Shown here: positions 13,134 to 24,948 of the stretch, one piece after another
Layout of the letters: each line of letters begins with the position of its first letter
How positions within the stretch are numbered: position 1 is the first letter of the stretch
Source of the DNA: Amoeboaphelidium protococcarum X5
Taxonomy: Eukaryota > Fungi > Aphelidiomycota
Length of the DNA: 64,000 bases
Direction: 5' to 3'
Assembly: GCA_023515725.1 (NCBI GenBank)
Contig: JALDTO010000146.1
Span: 682,001 to 746,000, forward strand
The notes under the pieces: model-generated
Database searches by the model: none
Told to the model about the DNA's origin: nothing
What the model saw: only the letters and a program-made list of their open reading frames with translations
Program-made: the position numbers and the translations under genes

Positions 13134-15215
13134 TCAAATCAAAGACATTGTGTCAATGTTCTTGCTCTTATCGGTGAATGAATAGTCAAACTTTGAGTCA
13201 ACATTAAGCTTGTCAGTCAGCTCTGGATCATTCTAAGGAGACTCTGCAGATAGCGAAATCTACTCAACATCATCAAGATTGCTGGCAATAAACTGATCCA
13301 GATCGACGAGACTTTTATTGATATGCTACTTGAAGGACGCGACCTGATTAGCAATATTTTTCAATTCATTCTCCATCTACATCTGCTATTAAGAGTACTA
13401 TCTCTCCAAGGATTCGTATTGCATGGACATTTCTCGAGCATTCTTTTACAGTTCAAACAATTGACGCGACTCTTCCAGACGAGATCTCTTCAATTCTCTT
13501 TCCACATTGTACTTGCTGGCCTGCAGCGCTTCCACTTCTGCCAACTTATTCTTGTGCATACTTTAGGCTTACTGGCGCATATCATTAATTTGAGATTGAA
13601 TTTCATCAATTTGCACTTATAAATCATCCTGGCGCGTACGATAATCTTGAATATCATTCTTCAGCTTAACATTAATGTCTTTAGTCAAGCCGCACTGAGT
13701 CTTCAACTTGGCCTGATGGCTAAGAAGCATTGAGCGAGTCTTGAATCCCATATCCATATTTACCATATCAGCTGATTATTTTGCATTTACATTTAGCTTT
13801 AACAATTGTTGTTGATCTAATGAATCCCGCTGTTGAATTAAATTCAACTATAGCATAAACTAGTTGAATTCCAACACACTCTTCTCACACTACACAATAA
13901 AAGTTCAAATTTAAAAGTTATTTAGCATTAGAATCTATATCGAAAATACCTGTTCCATCTTCTTTTAGAATTGAACCTCAGAATTCCAAACAGAGGCACT
14001 CAACTTTTCACATTTACCATTCAGAGTGTCCAAATTCTTTTGCAAACTTCTGCGCTCACTATTCATGTTGGCAATATCTTCTGGTGATAGTTCCTGATTT
14101 TAAACTTGAGTTTCCAAGTTGCTCTTCTCATTCAGGCGATCCTGCAGATCATAATTCTTGTCAGACAATTCCTACTTCAACTCTTTCATCTTGGATTCTA
14201 GTTAGGAATTTTATCTCTCCTACTTCTTCATCTACTCAATAGCTGATTGCAGTTGATTCTCATATTGTGCCTTGTCATTCTGAGCTTTAACGACAGGATC
14301 TTCTTCATCAAGAAGCATTTAAATCTCCTGTTCCAATTAAGCATTCAGAGCCTCAATATTGTGCAGTTCTTGAACAGTGTTGGCATCCTTCTCCTGATAA
14401 TACGCCTCTAGATCCTCATTCAAACTCAGATTGTCAGTGCCTCCATTGATAAAGTCTTGATAAGCTTTGCACACATACTCGTAGAAGAAATGCTCACTTC
14501 TATCAATGTCGAGTTCAGTGTACACCTACTCCGTGGCGATAATCAACTCAACAATCCAGATGAGTGCGGCAAGAAATAGAGGCCAAGAATTGACACTACC
14601 CACGGCAAAAAGAGCAGACTTGGAAATCTAATCCACAAACGGATACTTAATTCCACGCAATACCAGAGGCACATCATCTTCAAATTTTTTAGGATTCCAA
14701 GGATAGTGAGGATCTAGCCTGGAGTACAAAAACTTGAAAATCATCTAGAAATCCTTACCACTAGGTGATGCCAACACTTTAGGACTCAAATCTTTCTCAT
14801 ATCCACACTCATACAGGAAACTAATCAAATTCAGGACGGCTGAATTCTACCACTCTTTATCTCTGATGCTCCTGGGATCCTTCATAGCATGCTGCGGAGT
14901 GGCAAGTCCAATACCAGAGGGACGACCAGCGTACACACTTTAACGTCTGACAGCAGAGTTGGGGACTACGCCTCTGAAGCCAATGCTCTAACGATTCTCA
15001 TTCTGATGAAATTGTTAATTGTGCCCAATGTCCATATTGCTCATTTACTTGGATAAGCCAGTGGTGACTTGTTTTGTAACGATTCTCTGAGCAGGTCCCA
15101 TGCTAATTCTTGAGGCCTTCTACGATGTGGATGGAACTCCATAATCAGCTTCAGAGGCAAACTACTCATTCAACCTACTATCAGCTAATCCCAAAGTCTT
15201 TCTCTTCACTGACAT
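13134..15215 (-). CDS. NDC80: Kinetochore protein Ndc80/HEC1
   Basis: 693 aa; 'KDPRSIRDKEWQ', 'PSGKDFQMIFKFLY', 'YPFVDQISKSALFAVGSVNSWPLFLAALIW', followed by a long coiled coil. Confidence 0.93.
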
Positions 15216-15470
15216 GATCACTTCGAGAATATATTTAACTAATAATAGCAGAGTTATACTATAGACTATGCTTTGAGTTGAACCAAGACGAGAAATATAA
15301 GTGAAACCAAAAGTGGAGATATTCGACGCGTTCTGAAACAGTTCGACTGAAACAAGATTGAGGGACATTATGGAGTATACGAGTGATTGCAATTATAACA
15401 TTTGACATTCGTAAGGTCACTTTTTAAAAGTATTTTCTACTATACTGTAAATGAATTATATATTGGGGAA

Positions 15471-17316
15471 TCATCGCCGGTAATTTCGATCATAATTGTC
15501 GTATTTGTTTTATCGACTGCCACTTTAGCCACCACGGTCGTGATCACGAGAACGTGCCGGCCTATCGTAACGAGATGCAGTATCCCGCTTGTCCCAGGTA
15601 CGTACTTCTTCTTCACTGGGTGGTTCATACCTACGCTTTCTTCCGCCCTGGAGATCTTCTGGATAGTAGCCACCGACTTCGCCACTTTGCTGGCTTTAAT
15701 TACGGCGATCATCGTTACGCAGAGGAGGCGGTGGACGAGACCTTTCATATTATTCATTTTACTGTCGATGATGATAACCTTCCCTACTTCTGCCTTGAAA
15801 CGCTTCCCTTTCAGAACGTTATTATCTACTATCTTGCAGGTACAGTCTTTCTCTTTCCATTTCCATGGCATGTCTGCGGCGTCGCTCTTCATCCTCCCGC
15901 TATTACTATTCTTGAATACGACGTCTGCGCTCAGTTCCCTCACGTTCCCTTTATCTTTACGCTTCAAGACGTTACTATCGCTCCATAGCCTCTCGCCGCC
16001 GCCTCTCTTTTTACTCCTCGGTCAGTCTGAGTTGCCTCTACCTCTCCCGCTCTTTCTAAGCCTTGGCCTCTTCCTCTTGCTTCAACTGCAATAGTCTGGC
16101 GCGTTCTCTTTTAGCATGACTTACTTCAATGTACGTGTTCTTGAAAGAAGATACTTCCTGCTCAATAGACTCTGATTACAACTATAAGGCTGACTAAGAG
16201 TCTACATACGGACTAGCAGGGGTAACAGGCGTCTAGTAATCATATGCACATGCAGGCGAGAAGCTGATGGAGTGAACGTGAGCATGCGTCCAAGTGTTAG
16301 TGATAATTGAGAGGATATGATGCAGACACTCTTCAAGCAAATCCTCAGGCGCGTCGAATGCAAAAGCGATCATACATAGCAGAGATTTATGTTCCATTCC
16401 AGGCAACTTTGATCTAAACAGGGTCGTAATATTATCACAATCTTGACTAAATTGTGGCAATCGAAGTGATATGAATATGTTGGCTAGCGCTATCAGGTGC
16501 ACAGGATAGAATAGACAGACATCACACACGCCAGCGACTTCATCTAGCAATCGCCAACAATACAATGCAAAATCATGCGATACTACACAACAATGATGAT
16601 AATAAAACAGCGTATGACAAGGAGAATGTCAATACAGAACTTACAGCTCATCTTCTTGATCATTCTGACCATGACAACTTGAGGATGTTAATACTCGAAT
16701 AGATAATGAACAGTCTCCAACACGTCAACTTCCACAGTGAGGATACGATTTCGCAAATCTTGCATCAACTACAAAAATTCAAGTCCATTCTTGATGTTGT
16801 GCATTACTCCCAACTCCATCTTCATGATCCTCAGCTATCATACATTGCGCCTGATTATACTGCAGATCCAATAGAATAGAAGAGCATGTTTATCGTATAT
16901 ACAAGCGCAAGCCTGTATGATAGCTGGGAGGGAAGAAGAAGATAGGATGCACAACATACACAGAATATTTCGAATAAGTTATGTATATATGTCATTTACA
17001 AATAAATAATATATTACACTTGAATCCACGTCGATATCCTCATATCCAGACTGCTGCTTATATAAAACACCCCATGCACACCTCAAAAAGTCTCTACTCT
17101 TTTTAACAGTCTCCTCAGCCTTTGCTGCAATAAATAGACACGTAAGTCCAATGTCCTACACTTTATCAGTCGCATAATCAATATGGTCAATACCATTCGG
17201 CAACTACGCTTACTTTTGAGAGAGTTTATGAAGTTTGCGCATTCTAAGTCAACTTGTTCACAATGTATCGGTGATATAGAGCATGAGCTGACATTATTGT
17301 TATCCACGGACTACAT
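15471..17316 (-). CDS. Transcription-type cyclin (cyclin L/K/Ctk2-like) with Arg/Asp/Ser-rich C-terminal tail; several introns
   Basis: Cyclin box 'LRNRILTVEVDVLETVHYLFEYQHPQ...CWRLLDEV...VCLFYPVHLIALANIFISL'; R/D-rich tail ending 'YDRNYRR' TGA at 15471. Exon boundaries not resolved. Confidence 0.65.
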
Positions 17317-17621
17317 GAATACAATATTACAATGAATGCACTATAATACTTATAACAAAGCTTACAAACTTAATCTGTGGCCAACACTTTTAATCAACCT
17401 GCTATTGGATACTTTGGCTCTCCTAATATCAACAACAGCCTCTTGTGATAATTTACTCAGTTACTCTTAAAGTTCATCGTAATTAAAATATCGCTACGGT
17501 ACGTGTTATCGACTCATTTGATATATTTTGTCTCTATTTTCTAGATGTGCTTTTCAAGTAATAGGTGGAAAGAAAAGATTCAAAGTTCTCATCTAATAGC
17601 GCGAAATTGATACCGAAAGCT

Positions 17622-18110
17622 ATGAGTGATGATAATAAGGAATAATTGTCGGATGATATTTGGAACAGTGGCACAGATAATGTCGAACCTTCGTAAGAAA
17701 ATGACCTGTATCCTGATAGAGTGAGAGATTTGCAGAAACACTCCTCAGAATTGTATAAAATTGGATTCAGAGATGGTGTCGATGATGGAGAGAAAGACAC
17801 GCTTTAACAGGGATTCAATGATGGCTTCTCAGTTGGTCGCGATATTGGAGTAGTACTTGGAGAATTAAAAGCTACTTTGGAGTATATGTCATATACATCG
17901 GTTGACATTACAGATCTTCGGCATCGGCTGTAATCACTGCTAAATGACAGAGTAAAATCGTTCGATGTCATCCAGTAGATGGCCGCATAGAACGCGCAAA
18001 TAGAATCTGTCGACCATGTGCAATTATTAGGCGAGAAAACCACGACGATTATCCAAGCGCTGAAACGTGATTTGACGAGCTTACTTTGTGATGCCAAAAA
18101 TAGACTTTGA
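17622..18110 (+). CDS. YAE1: Yae1-family protein (Fe-S targeting adaptor)
   Basis: 162 aa with the GX3 repeat 'GFRDGVDDGEKDTLQQGFNDGFSVGRDIG'. Confidence 0.75.
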
Positions 18111-18252
18111 GCCATTACGTAATGGCAGCGATTGATCGATTGGATCCCAGTTTGAATTGCCGCCCTCTTATCTGCACATCTTCTTTGTCACGTAACAATT
18201 ATTGCATCATCCAGTAAAATTAATATCAACTTTTAAATTAACAGCTTACAAT

Positions 18253-19389
18253 ATGAGTCCTTACAGTCCGCAAGCTAGAGACGTGGTTGTAGATGATCCG
18301 ATAGGCAAGTTATCTGAGCTATTTTCGTGTATCTTGGTTACTGGTGGCGCGGGGTTCATTGGCTCGCACACCTCAATTCGGTTGCTGCAAGAAGGGTGCC
18401 GAGTAGTCGTTATCGATGAACTGAATGATTATTATGACGTCAGTATCAAGCATGAAAATCTGGGTCTTATCAGGTAGACAGCCACACTGATGGGCTCTCT
18501 GCCTGATGGATAGAAGAGATTCTAATTTTACAAGGCTGATATTTGCGATAAGAATCTTTTGATGCAAATCATTCAAAATCACAATGTGGATTGTATAGTG
18601 CACTTGGCTGCGCGTGCTGGAGTCAGAAATTCCATTGATAGACCTGAACTGTATGTCCACTCCAATATTTTGGGATCTACTGCGATATTTGATGCTGTCA
18701 GGATATTGAAAGCTGGTGGGCGCGATATGAAACACGTCGTTTACGCATCCTCCTCCTCTGTTTACGGCGGCAATACCAAAGTACCCTTCTCTGAGAGTGA
18801 CATGCTGTTGAATGTTGTGTCTCCATACGCGGCTACTAAGTTAGGTACCGAGGCTTTGGCAATGTCTTACTCGTCTCTGTCCAAGGTGAAAATGACTGGT
18901 CTCAGATTCTTCACAGTTTATGGCCCTCGTGGCCGACCTGATATGGCTCCGTTCAAGTTTGTCGATAGAATATGTCGCGGCATCCCCATCGATCAGTATG
19001 GTGATGGATCTTCCTCTCGTGATTACACGTACATTGATGATATTGTAGATGGTATTTGTGGCTCTTTGCTGCGTCCATACGTCATTGATGGCATTGAGCA
19101 GTTGCACACAGTTTACAACTTGGGTAACTCGTCGCCAGTGACTTTAAACGAGTTCATCTCCACTGTGGAGATGGTATGTCACACCAAGGCCAAGATTAAA
19201 TTACTACCAATGCAGCCTGGTGATGTTGACAGAACGTTTGCTGATATCTCCAAAGCTTAGCGCGACTTTGGTTATAGTCCGTAGATTAGTTTGAAGCAAG
19301 GTTTATCTCATCTCGCGGCATGGTGGCAGAGAAAGTATGGCACTGAAGACGATCAGTCTGATAGCGCTTTCAGTGATGAGTCATTATGA
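18253..19389 (+). CDS. UDP-glucuronate 4-epimerase-like extended SDR
   Basis: 'TGGAGFIG', '[11 protein letters not shown]', 'YASSSSVYG', 'SPYAATK', '[16 protein letters not shown]', 'PMQPGDV'. Confidence 0.88.
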
Positions 19390-19664
19390 ATTAAGTTAAC
19401 ACACACTCTAGTATTTAATCTAATTCTTTCTTTCTCTTTGTTAATTTTGATATTGCTTGTAAGATACAAACATAAGCGAACATCACTTGAACAGTATATC
19501 AAAAGCTCGGCAAGTCAATCGTCGCCCGATCGTTTGTTCGTTCTTCATTTCTCTCTTCAGTCTCTTTCGCCTTTCTCGCTCGTCTTTGTTGAGCGAATCT
19601 CTTTCTGTTGTGTGTTTATCAAGCAATTAAGACCTAATTTCTGCAATTTTAAGATATTAGTTAA

Positions 19665-20504
19665 ATGGCCGAATCTAACGGGACTACCCCATAGCTGACT
19701 GGAAGAGTTGGCTCTCTAACTGAGTAATAAAGTCAAGTTCTGGAGTAATTTAAAGCTGAGTTGACATAGAAGAGTCTATTGAATGCCGAGAGACATGATG
19801 ACCATTTATTACTGCGATTTCTGAGAGCTAGAAAGTTTGATTTACCTAGAGCCGTCGAAATGTTCACCAATTGCGAGTAATGGAGAAAGGATAAGGATGT
19901 GGAGGGTATTTTCTAAAATTTCAAGTTTGAAGAGTGGAAGGAGGTGAATAAGATCTATCCTCGCTTCTACCACAAGACTGACAAGTTGGGCAGACCAATC
20001 TACATTGAAGTCTTGGGTGGACTGAATCTTGAGCAGTTGTTCCAGGCTACATCTAGAGAGCGTCTGGAGAAACAGTTTATTCTGGAATATGAGAAGTTGA
20101 TCAGAGTGCGTCTACCAGCTTGTAGCAAGGCTTCCGGACAGCACATTGAGACCAGTTGCACCATTCTGGACTTGAAGAACTGCTCCGTGATGCAAGCGTT
20201 GAAGATTAGAGATCTGTTGAAATTGATCACGGACATTGGCCAGAATTACTACCCAGAGACGATGGGCGTGTGCTTCATCATCAATGCTCCGTGGATCTTT
20301 GACACTGTGTGGTCCGTGGTCAAGATCTGGATGGACGAGGTGACGGTGAAGAAGTTTCAGATTTTCAAATCGGGCAAAGATCACAGCGCGGCGCTGTTTC
20401 AAGTGGCTGATCCGGCCAACATTCCGTTCATTGTCGGCGGTGCGTGCAAATGTCCAGAGGGATGCGATCAGAGCGACGCCGGCCCGTGGAATCCAAAGAA
20501 CTGA
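19665..20504 (+). CDS. SEC14: Sec14 phosphatidylinositol/phosphatidylcholine transfer protein
   Basis: '[15 protein letters not shown]', '[18 protein letters not shown]', 'QNYYPETMG', 'SDAGPW'. Confidence 0.93.
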
Positions 20505-20822
20505 TCGTATTTGAAGTTGATTGATTAATTGATTGATTGACTGACTATGGTTGTGGTTGGTGGGGCGAGTAAATTTGAATAGAAGCTGCAGCTCTCTCTC
20601 TTTTCTATTACGAATTTTCTTCATCGTGCATCAGTGCCGGAAGGTATTTATGTTTTCGTTATAATAACTCGTGCAACGGGGAATCGATTCAGCCAATCAC
20701 TAACAAAATCGACTTTCTCGATCATCAATTGGCTCTCACCTTTGCTTCCCTTTACTGATATCTTTTAGATAGAAATTGTATTTGTTTAAGACAAAGAGAC
20801 ACTATTTAATCATTAAATAGAG

Positions 20823-22163
20823 ATGACAGCTTATAATACGGCAGCGTCAATATTGTTGTGGTCATTTCTACCATAATTTCTGAGTACTGTTGTACTGCGC
20901 GTTTTTTACGCCACTATCGGTCCTTTGTTTGTCAAGAGATACAATGCTAGTCCTGATGGTAAGAGTAATCAGGCATTGTAGTATCAGATTCATTGGAGAT
21001 ACACGCTTTTGATATTGCTTTCTCTATACCTAGGTGCATCTATTGTCGAGCCGCTGTATGGTAAGATTAATATTGGAAATGTCAATACCACCGTTGTCAG
21101 GTAAAAGATTCACTAGAATCCGCTGATTACTGAATTTTAGATCACTCCAGAGAATTTCACAACTCGTGCTTTAAAATCTGCTTTCAAGAAGAAGTCGCTG
21201 GCTTATCATCCAGACAAGATCTAGAATTAAGACGCTGCGGCTGGTGATGCTGAGTAGTCATTTCTGCGCATTAGAGCACTTTATGAAATTCTGAACAATC
21301 CTCTGACGCGTTCGATGTTTGTTGTGTTTGGTCCAGATGCTGAGCAGTGTTCCACCATATCCTCCAGTATTGATGCCAGTCTAGTTAAAGCGAATGAACA
21401 GTTTAAATGCAAGACTCTAGGAGACTTTTATTGGAACTAGATGATGAAAGTGTTGGGATTCTATGGTGGTCTAGTCAGTGTTGTGTACTTTATTGAGTTG
21501 ATTAGCGGCGCCCTTAACAAGACGTAGAATTAATCACCGAGTGTGCTTCACAATGGAAATTAAGGTGTGTGGTAGTCTTTTGGGATTGGCATGAAATCTG
21601 TGAGGTATCTCATCTTCCTACTAGCATTTGCAATTGAGATGGATCTTATCCACGGTGCCTTTTCACAGAGTGCATTCATAGCGTCTAAAGATCATTAGAA
21701 TGCAATGTCTTCAGACGCGAATTAAATTCCCTCCACATCTAATACTCTGTACTATTTCCGACTTCGTGCTATCTGGCAATTTCTTAATCAGTTCGCTGGC
21801 TGGAGATCTTGCACCATTTCTGATTAGATTTAGATTTTGCGATCATGGGCTCTGGCCATAGTCATGTTTATGTAGTAAACTCTACCAGTCATTCGGGACT
21901 TATTAACACTCTGGGAAACTCGAAGATTGCAGCGTAATTCCCAGGCAAATTCTGGACCTTAAAGTGGATATGTGGACCTGAAGCAATACATGACAGATTA
22001 GAGCTTACTTATCAATGCTCTTGAATATTCATAGAGCCAAGTGCTGCATCTGTTGGCATTACCCAGTGATCTGTCAAGCGATACTGATGGTATACCTCAG
22101 ACTTATATGGATGGAATTCAAACAGCTGTATCTGATTAAGACGAAGAATAGGGTGAACGGTGA
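20823..22163 (+). CDS. Membrane-associated DnaJ-domain protein
   Basis: 446 aa; hydrophobic N-terminal segments, J-domain 'LKSAFKKKSLAYHPDK...FLRIRALYEILNNP', further hydrophobic segments. Confidence 0.75.
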
Positions 22164-22252
22164 GATTGATAAATTACACTGTCCTCATGGGGGTATGTTT
22201 ACCTTAATCTTTTTAAACGTCAATATATAAATTCATTTCAAAAATCAATTAA

Positions 22253-23030
22253 TCAGTCTTATTCTTCATCGTCTTCCTGTACAGTATTAGAACCACCTGT
22301 AGACAGAGCATAAGATGGATTCTACAGAAGAGACGCACAATCAACATTCTTGGCCAAATCTCTCGGATACTAGCCTCTGACATTCTTCACTCTGGTCAGT
22401 TGAATGCCATCAGGGTGTTGCAGAATCAGCTTGACGGCCTCAGGATAACCTCCCCACGCGGCTCCATGCAAAGCAGTATCTCCAAGAACATTCTATGTGT
22501 CAATGACTGGATTACCAGCTAGAAGAATCTTGACACAATCTAAATGACCAAAGCGACATGCCCAGTAGAATGCAGTGTTATTCGCACTATCCAATGTATT
22601 GATAGAAGCACCTGCCTTCATCAAGTCTTTAATAAACTCCACATTGCCTCGTTTCGCTGCTTCATGTAATGGATGATCAATCTCGGAGGACTCTGCCAGA
22701 ATGTCTGCCGGAACATATCCCTCCTTGTTATTAACTCTGCATTTGACTCGATGTCCCAGGGAATTACCACCTCCTCCACTCTTATATCCACTCTCAATAA
22801 TACATACAATATCTCCCTCATCAACACTAAGTTCATCTGGCTTCTAAGCTACAATATCAAAGCACTTTATAGTTAACTCATTATTGTGATGAACAATCAG
22901 AAAAAGACATAATACCTTTGTACTCTTTGGAAACTTTGACAACACTAACCTGTGTCAATCCTCTTCGTCGCGGGACAGCTGGCGGAACTCCCGCTGGAAC
23001 AAGACCACTCTACTAAGTAGTCACTGGCAT
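22253..23030 (-). CDS. OSTF1: Pro-rich/SH3/ankyrin-repeat protein, osteoclast-stimulating factor 1-like (with intron)
   Basis: 'AQKPDELSVDEGDIV' (SH3), 'PLHEAAKRGN', 'NNTAFYWACRFGH', 'GDTALHGAAWGGY', acidic C-terminus. Confidence 0.75.
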
Positions 23031-23316
23031 TATTAATGTATTCTTTTCAACTTTTAATAGTTCAAAAATTGACAATCAACGTTGATCACTTTCCTGTGGA
23101 AACGTTGTTGTGTCAAGTCGGGAAGAAAAACGGGCGTTTCAGATCGTTGTTGCGAAGGACACAATCACACACAACTGGATGACTGAGTTATACCTTGAAA
23201 GATGACGATCAATGCGAATCCGTGATATTAATCTATAGATCTTAAGATGAAGCCGTGTGATGATGTCTTTACAGCACTGAATGTTAAAATATAAAAACAG
23301 TAAACTTTAACTTCAT

Positions 23317-24153
23317 TCATCGTCTGAGAATCATCAGTAGTAAACCGCAGAGAGAATACCATGTGACGATATACTCGAGATGTTTGTTACGAACATTTAG
23401 AGACGCGGTGTTTACAATCGGATCACTGCCGTTGAATTTATTAGGATCAAGCAGATGTTGATTTGCAATAACGTCATGCACAGAGTCACCTGCAAAAACT
23501 TCCTCTATAAACACATTCTAAGAGAAACTGTTCTTCTCATCACTACCCACAATCTATCGGCAATACTCAGCTTTGTCTTTCATCTCAAGCCAGAGCCATC
23601 GAGGGAAGTGATCATTGTTTGGAGTTTAATCGCGCGCGTTCGGATTGATGCCGCACCAATGAAGCAGTCTGGCCATTGAGGATTGGTATGGACGCGGATC
23701 TCGGACTATTCCTTCAATTTGGATATTCTGTTCAGTCTCGCTCTTGCTCACAAATTTACCAACATCATTCACAGGTACCCAGCCTCTATTAACGAGAATA
23801 TACCGCGGACCACCATTGTGACGTAATCGTTAATACTCAAGAGGCTAATAAATCTAATATCCAGTATTTTCAGCACCATGCTTCGTTCGCGGTCCTACTA
23901 GCATAATTTAATCTCTTCTCACGCTTCCTTGTACTTTAACGCGTTAATGTAATAGACTATCTATATCCTGATCATTCGTTAAATTGTTCATATCAATTGG
24001 ATCACCTTAAAGTTTCGTCTCCATATCCTGGAGAAGCGTCAACTTGCGCTAATAGCGATACACTTGCCACGTTCCCAATCCAAAGCACAGAGCAGGAAAT
24101 GTGTAAAACCATCTTGGATATCTTTTCTTTATCAACCTCGATCTATCCATCAT
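23317..24153 (-). CDS. SHY1: SURF1/Shy1 cytochrome c oxidase assembly protein
   Basis: 'FGLGTWQVYR', 'ILVNRGWVP', 'RNKHLEYIVTWYSL'. Confidence 0.92.
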
Positions 24154-24354
24154 TTGAAAATAGCAATTGAATAATGCAAAGAAAAATGAAAAGTTCTCCT
24201 ACTTGAACTCTATCGCTTTCTCGCTCAGAATTTTTCGTCGTCGTCGTCGCTTGTTGTTGAAGAGAATCTGCGATCTTGTACTTTCTCTCTCTCTCTCTCT
24301 CTTTCTCTGGTAAAGACAAAGGAAACGAATTATTTAGCGTAATTACTTTCGAGT

Positions 24355-24723
24355 ATGGCTTCGACTGCAGTGTAATGGGTGAAGGAGAGAATGCCTAAAA
24401 TCTACCTCATAAATACTAATGAGTATCCAAAGTTTGAGTATCCAAGAAACTCGGGAGTGATGCATGAGTACCCGCACTATGTAGTTGCTGGTAAGCGTGT
24501 ACCTACTGGACACATGGCGTTCGCTGGCATCTTTGGTGTGTTCGTTCTCTACAAGACCATATCGACTCTGCGCTCTTTGGGTTCATCATCATCATCGTCT
24601 GGTAAATCTCATAATCACGAGACTGTCGCTGATGTTCACTTTCCTGCTGTGAAGAGAGACTGGGAGGGTGAGAAGAAGGAGTTTGTGGAGAGTTATATTT
24701 AGACTCACATGAAGAAGCATTGA
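24355..24723 (+). CDS. ATP19: Mitochondrial ATP synthase subunit k-like protein
   Basis: 122 aa; 'HYVVAGKRVPTGHMAFAGIFG' transmembrane segment and C-terminal 'EKKEFVESYIQTH' resemble fungal Atp19. Confidence 0.55.
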
Positions 24724-24948
24724 TTGATTGATTGATGCATTCATGCTGTGGTCACTGTTTGCAGAAGCATTACAGGAACCATGAACGATCATCTTTACTG
24801 AATTTATAAATAACTTTCTACCAGGCTTTGATCTTTTCTATACTCATATTCCTTCATAGTAATAATACGATTGTTATATCGTAGATTCTTTGATTTATAG
24901 TGCATTGAACTTATATTGACGGATTTTAAAGTACAATATTGGGACAGT

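Noticed and set aside
15402-16094. 230-aa hydrophobic + strand ORF and overlapping ORFs in the track
   Set aside because: Antisense or off-frame shadows of the R/D/E-rich cyclin tail on the minus strand.
23200-23282. Possible C/D-box snoRNA (ATGACGA...GTGATGA...CTGA)
   Set aside because: No convincing terminal stem or rRNA guide identifiable by eye; would need a covariance-model search.
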